Below are positions 1-12,510 of a stretch of 64,000 bases of DNA, one piece after another. Each line of letters begins with the position of its first letter. The first letter of the stretch is position 1. The stretch comes from Camelus dromedarius (lineage: Eukaryota): contig NC_087437.1 of NCBI RefSeq assembly GCF_036321535.1, positions 115,198,001 through 115,262,000 of the forward strand, given 5' to 3'. The translations under genes were made by a program, and so were the position numbers. The notes under the pieces were generated by a model. That model did not search any database. It was not told the DNA's origin and saw only the letters and a list, made by a program, of their open reading frames with translations.

Positions 1-755
1 CAGCAGCGACACCGTGTGGTGAGAGGTCTCGCAGTCCCACCAGCACAGAGCATTTCACAGGCAGCACGAAGCACACCGGCATCTTATCCATAAAGCAGGT
101 GAGAAATCTAAGGATGGGCCGAGTATAACAGGTGATGGGAGGCCGGGATCCTTTCCATGTCACTTAACTCCATGGGGAGCGACGACGTCTACGAAGAAGG
201 CTCAGGAAGGAAAACCAAAGTACCATCCAGTTCTACCCCCAATCTGCCATCCATATCTTTAACACTGAGCCACCAGCACTATGACTGGGTAGGTGTCCCG
301 AAATGTCTGCACCTCAGCATCAGAAGAGGCGCCCGAGGAATCTCTCGGCTGCCTCCAGAAAGTCAGGGAGCAGCCACCTTCGCATTCATCTGCACAGGAA
401 CCCTTCATAGATCTTGTATTCCAGGAAAACACACTCTAAAACCCTGAATTCCTACGTTTCCTCCTACAGCAGATTCAAGGTCTTCCCGAGAGGAGCTAAT
501 AAACACTGAAAAATGAGGATATATATATACACTCACTCTCAGTTCCTTGGGTTCCCAAAGTAAAACAGACTTCAGAGAGAAGCAGTTGGGAGGGAAAAGT
601 AGGGCAAGATCAACCAGACCAAGTGGAAGACCTGAAGCGAGAAGTGAACATTTCTGAAAATTACTCTTTCCCAAAGCTATTATGGAATAAAGAGCTTGGT
701 CGGCTTGAGGTCCATGTAGCGTGCTTGTGTATGTGTATTTAGAACAGCTATTTGG

Positions 756-900
756 GGGAAAGGAGGGTATAGCTCAGTGGTAGAGTGTATACACCTGGGT
801 TCAGTCCCCAGTATTGCCACCAAAAGTAATCAATAAATAGATAAACCTAATTACCTACTCCCCCAAAACAAATTTTTTTTAATCTAAAGAAAAAAAAAAA
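756..900 (+). mobile_element. tRNA-Ala-derived SINE (Vic-1-like)
   Basis: A-box TAGCTCAGTGG, B-box GGTTCA, AAACCTAATTACC tail motif, poly-A. Confidence 0.85.
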
Positions 901-1789
901 ACAGATCCTTGGGCAGGAAAAAACACATATTTACTTTAATGTTGTTCAAGCTTTGCACTCCCATGATTTGTGAATGGGGGTTACTAATCAATAGATGAAA
1001 ACGTATCCCCTCCCACCCCCAGGCAGTTTAAAGAACCAGAAGGACAAAAATATGAAGCATCTACCGTGTATTATAACAAAGACAGACATACAATACAAAG
1101 CCCTCGGTACTATCTCAGGTCACGCCCATCAACCAGAAGACACAAGAAAAGCTGAGCGTTCCAAACTTCTGCTCACAGGAGAATAACACGAGAGCACATC
1201 ACTCTGTCCTTTCCATTGCTGCGTCCAGGAGTCAAGAGGCACTAGTCTCAAAACCAGCATAGACAAGAACTCCCAGGAAAGGTCAAGGAGCACTGCCAGG
1301 GGCAAGCCTGGGTCTGACTTGCTCCCTGACCATGGAGCAGGCAGGCATGCCCTCACCCGTCCAGCCTCAGCCCTCCACACTCAGGAAAGGAAGGAGAGAG
1401 AAGGTCTGGGAGAGTGACAACCACATCTCCTGGGACCAGAAACCCTCACTCTTAAGGCTCCGCCCCCATTTCTCCAAGGGGGGAGGTCTATGAGCATTGA
1501 AGCTCTGAGGACCAGATTTATTTTGACACTTTTTTATATAAGACATAAGATGGAGGTGATGCTTCTCCTTCTATTAACTTAACACATAAAACAGAGATAA
1601 ATGATGTGGAGCTTTGAGTCCTGAGATCAGGGTGCAAACAAAAGTCATACCATTAATTCCCAAGAGCACCCATTAAGAAGAGGGCAAACTGGTTAAAAAA
1701 ATGTAATGAAAATGCAATGAATGTTTCTTAAGTGGAAAAAAATCATCCATTACTACAGTTTTAATTTTTTTAATTAAAAACATTACTTA

Positions 1790-1929
1790 GGGGGAGGTTA
1801 TAGTTCAGTGGTAGAGCACATGCCTAGCTTGCACAAGGTCCTGGGTTCAATCCCCAGCACCTCCATTAAAGATAAATAAACAAATAAATATCTAATTACC
1901 GCTCCTCTAAAAATATAAAAAATAAAAAT
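1790..1929 (+). mobile_element. tRNA-derived SINE with TSD
   Basis: SINE body flanked by TSD aaaaacattactta (1776-1789 / 1930-1943). Confidence 0.92.
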
Positions 1930-3096
1930 AAAAACATTACTTAATCTTTTTAAACTAGGCACCAGGCACCTATTAGACACATTATACACTTTAAACGTCC
2001 TCAACCTCTCAACAACAATAATAATAACATAATAGTAATGATAACTGCACTAAGGTTTAAATAACACAATTTGCACAGAAATTCCACATATATGATTTCA
2101 TCTAGTCCTCAAGTGACCCTATAAGGAGGTATCCTAATCCTAAATGCCCTCAGATTTTATATCTGTTCACCAAGGGAGCCCATCCTGCTCAGACAGCTCA
2201 CAGCTCTACTCTCCTCTGAAAAGTCAGCTGCCAAGGGACAGAGGATGACCCAAAAGGGAATCCCTTCTCTTTAAAAAAAAATATGTTGGGATAAGAGGTG
2301 TACTTTGTTCCTTTCAAGGGAAAGCGGTAAGTTTGGTGTTTAGAGTCACCTGGACTGTCAGGTATTTGCTGAAACTATACACTTATGTCACTAAACTCAC
2401 AAATTTCTCTATTTAGGGGAGACAACAGAGAGAGACCCACACAGTAACTTGCCACAATTAATAAGAAGTTGACAGCTTGGCAAAGCAAAGAGATTATCGA
2501 GAAGACACACCTGGAGAAACTGACAACCGGCCCAGCCAGGTAAGAATCAAAGACACCAAAGGCAGAAGGCGGTCAGGGGAGTCCCTGACCACGCTCCCAA
2601 CTGCGTGGCATCTTCCTTTCAGACAAAACTAAAAGATAGAAACTGGAGGGGGAAAAAAGAGCCCTTTTTGCCACAAGATGGCAGGCATTAGCACAAATGA
2701 AAAAAAGCTGTGATTTTCCCATCCAAAGATTCGCTGAGAAAGGCCCAAATCAAAACAAAGGTTTTTAATTCCAACTGAATAAACTGTGGTTTCCAAATAC
2801 ACTCCTGTCACATAAAACAGTATCCTTTTCCCCCTCAAATGGAAAAGGGCTATAACTCTAAGACTTAACACCCTCTAAACTCCAAGAGTCTTCTCTCCCT
2901 CCCTTACGTAAAACACCAAAAAAATTAGTTATACTTGGACAACTTTAAGATGGTTTCCAAACCTAAGGTCAAAACAGAAATAGAAAATCAAAATGGAAAT
3001 CAAAACCAAAACCCACTGCAACAGAGCGATCGGGGAAAGGGTCCCCGTATTGAAGGAGGGCATCTGAGGTGCCCCCTCCCTCGCCAGCACACTCAC

Positions 3097-3279
3097 CTCA
3101 GCCACTGACAGTAAGTAAATAGGTGTTAAGGCAGGAACTTGTGTTAAGTCACAGCTTAGGCCCAGCGTCATCAGGATCTCCTTAAGGACCTCGTATCTTC
3201 TGCTATTGTTCGATTTGAGCAGATCAAAATCCTCTTGAGTTTGCACTATTGGAGAGCTGGGGGGTAGCTCCAAGTGCAC
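3097..3279 (-). CDS. HLCS: HLCS coding exon 5, 183 nt, [23 protein letters not shown]...LLSVAE; gene continues beyond base 1
   Basis: Acceptor ttttcccctcag, donor GAG|GTGAGT, phase 0-0. Matches [13 protein letters not shown]...RRYEVL. Confidence 0.96.
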
Positions 3280-3343
3280 CTGAGGGGAAAAGACACCACT
3301 TCATAAATCGGAGGCAGTCAGAGACATTATGAAAAACAGTGTC

Positions 3344-3493
3344 CACCGGGAACTATATTCAGTACCTTGTAATAGCCTATAATGAAAAAGAATATGAAAA
3401 AGAATATATATATGTATGACTGCATCACTATGCTGTATACTAGAAATTAACACAACACTGTAAACCAACTCTACTTCAATAAAAAGAAAGAAA
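3344..3493 (+). mobile_element. 5'-truncated L1 3' end with TSD
   Basis: GGGAACTATATTCAGTACCTTGTAATA...AATAAA + A tail. TSD gaaaaacagtgtc (3331-3343 / 3494-3506). Confidence 0.88.
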
Positions 3494-4060
3494 GAAAAAC
3501 AGTGTCTATCCGTTTTTCTAAAAACTTGAACATGAGTTGTCCTCATTACCAATAGTATGTAAACTTTGACCTTAAATATTTGGAAAGTAGCAACAACCAA
3601 TAAAAAGATTCAAGGAAGCCCGTTAAAAACGTGGCTGTGAGGCTGAAAGGGTACGGTGGAAATGACCCTGGATAGTAATCAACTTTCCAGGTCCCAAATT
3701 TTATCACTAACTAGTCACGGGACCTTGGGCAAGTCACTAAACTTGGTTACACGAGCAAACAGTTAAGAATATGATTGTGCTGAGGACCCAACTCCACCTG
3801 CTACTGAGCTCAGGGAGGCACAGTGGGTCATGCTTGAAGCTCTTAGTCTACCAACAGCCTAACGACTGGGAAACAATATGGGGACAGCAGTGGCCTTAGA
3901 CATCGCTTTAACAGTGTTTGCAGGAATTCAAATAGATGAGGGGGGTGTGGGGGCTCCAAAAAGTCTTACCCCCTCCCCCTCCTTCACCTGATAAGACTTG
4001 GAACTTCATGTATTTATATTTAGTTCAGGCTTTGTTGCAGTTAAAACTAAAGTAGCACCC

Positions 4061-4184
4061 CCTATCAGCAGTCTGTGTCTTGGTGTGAAAGAACATACTG
4101 GAACTTCTAGCTCCCCTGCACGAGAACCTTCCTATCAATAGTCTGTGTCTTGGTGTGAAGGAATGTACTAGAACTTCAGCTCTC
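4061..4184. repeat. ~70-bp tandem duplication (two imperfect copies)
   Basis: cctatca..agtctgtgtcttggtgtgaa.gaa..tact.gaacttc at 4061 and again at 4131. Confidence 0.85.
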
Positions 4185-5289
4185 TTGAGATCAGATTTGA
4201 ACCGGGCATGAGAGCCTGGAGGATGCCGGAATACTGAGTAACTAGAAGAGACTGAGCACATTAATTTTATTTTCCTTTGTTTCTGCAGGGGGTTAGCTGT
4301 GGGTTTCTACTGCATGCAGAGCCCCAGGCCTGATGCCCCAAGAGCATTATAAAGTAGAAAGCATAGTGCCAGCCTTTGGGCAACTTAAAATCTCTCAAAT
4401 CCCACTCAAGCCTTGTCCAAACCAAAAATACTACCCAGATAGAGTCCAAAGCAATCCCATTGTTGAAAGTTGAAGCCAATCTGAAAAGGTTTGTGGAGGA
4501 CTAGCCAACAGAGAGCCCATGCTCCAGCAGCTCAGTGGAGGGCTGCCTGCTTCCCCTACGACTGTCAGCCAGAAGCAGCAGGGAAATCTGTCCTCTAAAC
4601 AGCCCTAGAAAAGGAAGGAGGCAGAAAAGTGAGATCCTTTAAGGTATCTAAATCCTACTGAGTCCCCTTCTCCTACACATTCTTACCCAAAATGTGTGCC
4701 TCTCCCTCCAGTGGACAAAGCCAGTGCTGGTACTGTCCATCAGCACAGGGTGGGTCACGTTAAATTCACGTGAGCATGGGACTGTCCTGGAGGTTACCTC
4801 CTACAGGTAGTAGAAATCAAATGAGTGAACTTCTGTCCCCACCTGGGCCCAAGGAGCAGGGGCGAGCGTGGTGCATGGCACATGAACTTCCTGGGCTGAG
4901 CGAGTACACAGAGGGGGACTGAAGTCACTGTCGCATTTGAGAGATGCAGGGGAGAAAAGGAGGACTCGCCCTAAGAGCAGGCCTCTGGGGTTCCAGGAGG
5001 TGAGGGAAAGGACAGCGCTGACACTGCGTGCGCGTGCTATCGCCAGTCTCAAGATCAGGTGCCTGTACAACGGAAGTGAGAAGGGAGGCCACATCTGCCT
5101 TTGCAGCTCAGGCAGGCAGGGCAGAACGGAGCGTGCGCGTGCTGGACCCGCCCCCTGGGCCTCTGTGGTACCCGACCCATGTCTCATCCTCGGGCTGTAA
5201 TGCTGTTACCGTAGTGACGGGCCCATTTCTGTAACTTGGCTTTTAGACCAGACCAAAAGCCAGAACTAAAAGTGTCCCCAGTCACAAAC

Positions 5290-5410
5290 AGGGAGAGGAG
5301 GGCACTGCTGGCATCTGGCAGGTAGTGCTGTCAACACCCCATAAGGTGCGGGACGACCCCACAACAAAGAAGGATCCAGCCCAAAATGTCAGTGGTGCCT
5401 GGTTGAGAAA
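5290..5410. mobile_element. MER20-like DNA transposon fragment
   Basis: ctggcatct...acaacaaagaa...gcccaaaatgtcagtggtgcc..ggttgagaaa. Confidence 0.6.
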
Positions 5411-7498
5411 ACGGGCTACAAAAGCAGAACCTCTTCTGCCATGTGCTAAGCTAAATAAGGAAACAAAATATTTCAAATCAGTTTCAGAGGCTCTATTTGG
5501 ACAACCCCATGCCAAACTCCTGGTCCATTTGATCATCAAATGTCAGCATGAACCCACCACCTTAAATCTCCCCTGCAGACCTGACCGGTAGAGCAAGTGC
5601 ACCAAGACTCCCTTTTCCTGGGTGAAGCTGCACAGCAAAGGGCCCCACGTCAGCTCCTCGGCCGCGAGACCACCACTCACGTGCAGCTGTGGCTTGCCCT
5701 TGAAGTACTTGGCCTCCTCTTACTGGGTTACATCATTACGCCATTCATGACAAAGATGAAGACTATGAAATTGAACAGGGAAGGAGGAAACTAACCAGCC
5801 TGTGCTAACGTTTATCTGTTGATCTCGGCGGCGAGGTATGGTAGTGACACAGGCCCAAGTCAAAAAAAGAGTGACCCTGTCACACAGAGACTGGAAGTCA
5901 TTTAAAGTCAGAAATGACATTCTAATCCTCTGAATCTGAATTTTTGAAGCTGCATCAGATTGCCTTTTTTCCTAGGGCAACGCACGCAGTATCAAATTTT
6001 ATGACAGTGATGGGGTCAATTTAAATGGTGCAACAAGCAGATTTGCTATGTAACTCAGAGAAATGGATCGCCAACGGTGCCGAATCAATTTTCTAGTACA
6101 AGTCTGTGCACAGGGGTGGCAAAATTCACTATCCAAAGCTGAAATATGGCTCTAGGAAGTCAGGTTTTTAAGTGGATTTTCTGAGAATGCACAGTTACTA
6201 TAGTTACCATATTTGCCAAGAAAAAGATAAGAGGAACATTTATTAGGCTTCCAAAAACTGTCATGTGGTTTGCAGTCCACATGAAGCCTGCTTGTTCATC
6301 TGTCCTGATGTCCAGATTTCTTAATTATATGCACCTGTGTCTGAGTATTATTTAAGAACATACGAGCAGGCTTCAGAACAGCAAAGAAACAAAGCTATGC
6401 CTCCTCGAAGAATGTTTGGTCAGAAAATCCAAGAGACAATTTCTAGGATGGCTAGAGAGAGGCTCATGAAATGAAAATAAATCACACCAAAAAATAAAGA
6501 AAGAAAAGGAAAGGAAAGGAAACAATTCTCAAACTCAAAAAGATCCCGGTAACAAAACAAAATGTTACACTCAGCCTGGGAACCACTTTGGGCAAAATAC
6601 CTGTATCTACTTGGTTTCTCATGAGACCATCAAATCCTTAAGGGTGAGCATTCGTCTAAAGCCAAACACTTTTGCCCAAAGGCATTAAAAGATTTGCAGC
6701 AAATGATCGGAAGTTCTGAAGTGGTCTGTCTTGCTACTATTTGCTGAAACAAACAAAAAGCTAAAAGGAAAAAGAAGGTGGAAAAAAAAAACCCAGCACA
6801 TGACCCGAAGGAGCCCCTTCAGATGGGAAGGAAAGTAGCTTTTTCCTTTATTTCCTTTCCCGTTTTGTTTTTACCTGTGTATTAATTTGCCATAGATCTA
6901 AATCGCTTCAGTATCCTCTTACTTGAGATATTTTTCTCAGCACTTAGATTTTAAAGAGTGACAAATCATAAAGGAATTGAGGACTTGAAGATGTTTTCAA
7001 TTCTCATTATCCCAGCAGTGGCTGAGCGTCCACGCAAATCCCCGACATCAACTACAATATTTAAACGTGACGGTTACTAATGTTTGCAAACACCACCCCA
7101 AGGCACTCAATTCCCTACATTAAATAACAGTTCAATTATATTAACTAGAGTGGGCTCGGAGGAAAGAGGGCGGACTAATGGATTTTAGAAAGATTATTAC
7201 CAGTATGTAGAGTGAAACAAGAAAGAAGTTTTGACTAATTCTTGGTTAACCAGCAATTTTTAATCAGCTGTTCTGCTTCGTTCCTCCCTCTCAGGTATTT
7301 TGGTGAAACAGGACATTCATGCGACAGCAAAGCCCTGATCTCAACCTCAACCTTCCACTCACCAACAACAAACATTCCCGGCCAAAGGCCAGAAGCATCC
7401 ACACCACACACACTCTCCAAAGTTCCCACGTACAGCCTTAAAGAGGGTATCCGGTCAAAGAGGCCCAAAGACCATTCTGTGGATACCAGCCTCCGTAC

Positions 7499-8442
7499 CT
7501 GGCAAAGCACAGCTTCTCCTCCACGTGTTCCAAAAGGCACTTGCACAATCAGCCTGTCCTCATCCTCGCTGTCCAGGTGGCCCTGGAGCTTGCCCAGGCT
7601 GAGCAGCTGGTCAGGGCCCCCCTCGTAAACACCACCGCTGCTCAGGACGCTGAGCTTCACCCGGCTCTGGTCGGCCTTGCAGAACACCACGCTCTGCACT
7701 GTGTCCTGCAGCGGGGCCTTGCTCATCACTCGGAAGCCGGCAAATGTGAAGGATGAAGACAGACCCAGCACCTTCCCTCCCTGAGAAAGATAGGCCATGA
7801 ACTTCCGGGACAGGTCCTCGGGGACTGGCTCCCTGGTGGCAATGACCAGCAACAGACAGTTGTCCGACCACGGGTCCCTGAGCGCACTTTCCGGGGACAG
7901 GTGGTAGAGAGTGTAACAGTCGGTGTCCACGCAGTCAGCCAGGGCCGACCGGACCAGCTGGAGCCTGCCCTGGGCGTCCTGGGAGTCGGAGCCCACATAG
8001 AGAAGGATGTTGGGTGCCTTTCCTGTGATGTTGACTCTCCTCCCTTCTCTCTCAAGGCTGAGGTCAGCAATCCCCTCCAAACCACTGCTATAATCGTAGG
8101 GAAGATCTGGAATGTTCTCTGCAGAGGCAAACTTGACGGATTCGATGGTGCTGTTCTCCAGCTCCAAACACTCATGGCAGCTGGACAGATGGAGGTGACA
8201 GTGCTCAACAGAGCCCACTTCTCTGTCGCTCTCCCCAGCAGGCTCACCTCCAGGGGCACTGCCTTTCCCCTGTGTGGGTGCAGATCCAAGTACCTGCGAG
8301 TCACTTCTGCCCATGTGCTCCATAGCGTCTGGCTCAGGCTTACTCTCAACCGGAGACTCCCCGTTGGGCTGTAGGGTCCGGGCTTGAGTGTCTGAGGCCT
8401 GATCCTTAAGTTCCTTCAGAGCGGATTCCTGCAAGTGCACCG
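7499..8442 (-). CDS. HLCS: HLCS coding exon 4, 944 nt, (S)[10 protein letters not shown]...GGEAVLCQ
   Basis: Inside ORF 7235..8440. Contains [34 protein letters not shown] and [17 protein letters not shown]. Acceptor ctttag (8444-8443), donor CAG|GTACG, phase 1-0. Confidence 0.97.
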
Positions 8443-9673
8443 CTAAAGCATGAACAGAAAAGACAGTCCATCAAATCTTTTGATTTGTCGCACAGCTCAG
8501 TTCAAAACTTCAGGGCACTTTCTGCACTCCATGACTTACGTTCCAGGGCAGCCCGCTCACCGCCCACCCCACCCCCGCCTCCACCCTCAACTCTGAGGCC
8601 TCCTTGAGAACCACATAACCCCCTCCTACCTGCTAGGAGGGTGCCCCTGATGACCCCAAGAGAAATTGTGAGTTTCCACAACACCTTTCCCATACGAGCC
8701 AGAAACCTCAGACCCACTTACTGACTGGTGAAGAAGTGAGATTCAGGGAGGTGATTTTGCCTACTTACTTACAGAACCAATTTCTTGGGTGTCAATCTCC
8801 TATATGATAACAAAACTAAGAAACAAAAAAGGCACATATCTAGAGTCTATCCATGCATGCCCCAGGAAAAAGGCACACTCTGGACACTTCATAGTATAAA
8901 CCAAGGAGAAAGGTTTCCCCAGGGTCTTAGCTCAGGACTGGAATATAAGTTTACAATAACTGATGCAAAAACAATTTACTGAGCACCTGCCACACATCTG
9001 ACATAGTAGTAGGCACATGCAGATGGCAAATAGGGAAATTAAGTGATTTACACAAATTTCCAGAGTTGGCAACACTCACTGGCTCAAGATACAAATGAAG
9101 ACTTTCTTGTAAGTCAACTATTCTTCAATAAAATAAAATTTTAAATATATATGTGCAAAAAACAACACTTACATGGACATAGAAAGCCTACTTTTAAGCC
9201 TAAATAAGGAAGAATATTCTGCGTATTTCCCAAGAAAAGACATGTCCCAAAATATTGTAGTATGTATATTTTAAGTAGAAAACTGTTAGATTTAGGACTC
9301 CATAGTAACACTGGCTATGCTTTCCATTTAACTGAACTATAGGTTAGAAATTAGTTACCCTATATTAAAATGTGTAAAATAAATATTATACAGTTTCTAA
9401 ATTTGCATGCCATCTCATGGACAATGCAACTGTGGGAAATCCTTGTTTAAAAATTTTAAAAGCACTAATGATATATGCAGGGATACGCAACTCAAAAAAA
9501 CCCTGACACATACATGAATATTATACTATTATGGGTCCATCCACACTCTTGACTGAATTAAGCTGCAAAATAAGCTCTACCCTTAAGTCATACCAAACAG
9601 GGGGGCTCCACAGTCCTTAAGCTCATAACTATGGCATCCTGCTACGATAAAAACATTTCCTAAAGTTACTTAC

Positions 9674-9836
9674 AGACGATCTTTTGGGGTATCAGCCCAT
9701 TAGCCATCTGGAGTCTATCTTCCAGGAACGCCACCCCCAGCTTGCTGAAGTCATCCACACTTGCTCTGGCGATTAACTGATAAGGATCCCCAGGTCTGCA
9801 AGCTAATGGCAAACAACAGTCCGACCACTTTACAAT
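9674..9836 (-). CDS. HLCS: HLCS coding exon 3, 163 nt, IVKWSDCCLPLACRPGDPYQLIARASVDDFSKLGVAFLEDRLQMANGLIPQKIV(S)
   Basis: Read by hand (absent from the ORF track). Acceptor cttttctcag, donor T|GTAAGT, phase 0-1. Matches human ...GVAFMEDRLHMDNGLVPQKIVS. Confidence 0.95.
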
Positions 9837-10214
9837 CTGAGAAAAGGTGGGTGAGGGAGGAGGAAGAAAGACAGAGTGAGATTATTCTTCTCTAAAATAA
9901 CCAGATACCTTACTTTTTCCCTTCTGCTCCCACCAGTAAATGATGGTCAAACACAATGAATAACTAGATAATTGCAGTTTATTAACATCAAAGTTTTCCT
10001 GGTTCAAACCTTCTCATTTCTACCTGACAAGCAGGTTTACAAAGCACTAAATGTAACTCCCTCATTTAAAAGTAATTCAAGTCTTAACTGCTTTTCAAGG
10101 GACTATGAGGGGAAAGGGCTGTTCCCCAGATACTGGAAAAGCATAAACCTGCCCTCGGTAGCAGGAAATAGGAGAAGACAGCAAGCACACAGTATCCAGT
10201 GATTCATGATGTAG

Positions 10215-10770
10215 CCCAGCTTTTCTCAAAGTGGGGTTCAAGGCCCAGTGCAGCAGAACTCCCTGGGAGCACATGAAAACTTCATGTCCTGGGCACTACA
10301 CTCTGTCTGGGGCTTCAGACTGTCTGGAGTTGCAGCCCAGGAATCAGAAGTTTTAATGTGATAGCCACTGTCAGGGACTCTCCAGAGAGCCCCCACCTGT
10401 CGCAGTTCACATTTCCACCACAAGGGGGACAGGAGGAAATGAGAGCAGACAAAACGGCAGTCCTTCCAGCCTTCCAGGGTTCTTAAAAGAATGGGACAGG
10501 GACAAGGAGAAGGGGAGCCCCTTGGGGTGCAGAGCCTGGATCTGGAGTCCGAAGCCTGGGTCAAACTCAGCGAATCATCACTGTGTGTCCTTAGGCAAGT
10601 CTCAGACCCTCTCAAGTCTCAGTGTCTTCATTCATAAAACAGGAATAATGACAGTACCCATCATCCCACAGGTCTGTTATGTTAATGAGATTGAAGAGTT
10701 TATGTACAGCCACCATTAGAAAGCCTGGGACAGAAAAAGTGCTCAATTAATGAAAGCTGCTATTATTAGA
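10215..10770. mobile_element. MER5-like fragment (~10215-10365) and MIR (~10520-10770)
   Basis: ttctcaaagtggg...gcccaggaatc motif; MIR core ctgtgtgtccttaggcaagtc...cttcattcataaaacaggaataat. Confidence 0.6.
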
Positions 10771-11154
10771 TATTGTGAATCTGGCTTTAAAAGCAATATT
10801 GAATATACTGCTCCTTTTCTAAGATGCCATATTGAATAATTTCCCTACTTCCCAAAAATCTCAGGGATACAGTGCCCCAGATTTCATGATCAGAGATATA
10901 TACTTGTGAATTTTGTTTTTTATATCGGTAGGCTAGGTTATCAGAAGTAACTCTTGCTGAAAACAATGAAAAGATGCTGGATAAATAAAGAAAACATCAT
11001 CTTAAAAGCACTGGAGAATTGACTAGATAATGAAGAAATTCCAGGCTAAATCCTGGGGTAAATCCTGAACCTACAGAGGTAAGGGGAATTCCCACAAGCC
11101 AAGTCACTTCTGCCCTAAGCATATTTGCTCATCCAGGAAGCCTGAGGTTTAAAA

Positions 11155-12510
11155 GTCAAGGTCCAACTGGCATAAAGATAGACATATAGATCAATGGAGT
11201 AGAGCTGGGAGTATAGAAATAAACAGATGCATTTGTAGACAACTGATTTTGGACAGGGTCGCCAAGATAATTCTCAGGGGAAAGAATAATCTTTTCAACA
11301 AATGGTGCTGGTACAACTGGATATCCACATGCAAAAGAATGAAGATGGACCCCTATCTCATACCATGTATTACCAGGTATAAAAATTAACTCAAATGGGA
11401 TCAAATCCTCAATAGAAGAGCGAAAACTCCAAAACTCTTAGAAGAAAACATAGGCGTAAATCGTCATGACCTTGGATCAGGCACTGGTTTCTCAGATAAG
11501 AGACCAAAAGTACAAGCAACAAAAGAAAAAAATAGACAAATTGGACTTCATCAAAAGTACTTTGAGCTTCAAAGAACACTTTCAAGAAAGTGAAAAGACA
11601 ATTCACAAAATGGGAGAAATATTTGCAAATCATGTATCTGATAAGAGATTTGTGTCTGTAATACATAAAGAATCCTCACAACTCAACAATAAAAAGACAA
11701 ATACCCAATTTTAAAAATACCCAATTTAAAAATGGGAAAAGGATCTTAAAAGACATTTCTCCAAAGAAAATATACAAGTGGCAATAAGCACTTGAAAAGA
11801 TGCTCAAAAATCACTGGATAAAGGAAATACAATCAAAATCACAATGAGATACTTCATCTTCTACTAGGATGGCTATCATCAAAAAGATAGACAGTAACAA
11901 ATGTTGAGAATGTGGTTAAACTAGAACCCTAATAACTGCTGGTAGAAATGTAAAATGGTGTATCCTCCTTGGAAAAGAGTTCAACAGTTCCTAAAAAGTT
12001 AAACAGAGTTGTCAGATGACCCTAGGGGTAGAAATTCTTCTCCTAGGTATATATCTAAGGGAACTAAACACTTATGTCTAAACACAAAACTTGTACACAC
12101 GTGTTCATAGAAGCTTTATTCATATCAGCCAGAGCGGAAACAACCCAAATGTCCATCAACAGACAAATGGATAAATCAAACATGTATATCCATACAGTGG
12201 AATATTATTCAGCCATGAAACTGCCACACATTACAATGTAGATGAATCTTGAATACACTATGCTAAGTCAAGGAAGCCAATAACTAAAGGTGAAATACTG
12301 TATGATTCAGTTTATATGAAATATCCAAAACAGATAAATCTATAGCATTAGGAAGGAGGACTGCAGAGTGACTGCTGACAGGTACAGTTTCTTTTGGGGG
12401 CATTGGAAGTGTTCCAGAAATAAGTAGTGGTGATGACCACACAACTACTGAATTGTAACTACATATGGTTCATGGTATGTGAATTCTATTTTAATCTTAA
12501 AAAGAAAAAG
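11155..12510 (+). mobile_element. Old L1 (ORF2 3' part and 3'UTR)
   Basis: Decayed ORF2 motifs (FNKWCW, IDKLDFIK, WEKIFANH-like) and aaacaacccaaatgtccatcaac. Confidence 0.9.

Noticed and set aside
7235..7498. C-terminal extension of the 401-aa ORF, and the antisense ORFs over exon 4
   Set aside because: HLCS similarity stops at the donor at 7498. The rest is intron read-through or shadow frames.
8762..8775. Minus-strand GTAAGTAAGT donor-like motif in HLCS intron 3
   Set aside because: No convincing matching acceptor or open exon identified.
11156..11714. Short ORFs in the 11-12 kb region
   Set aside because: Fragments or antisense frames of a decayed L1.
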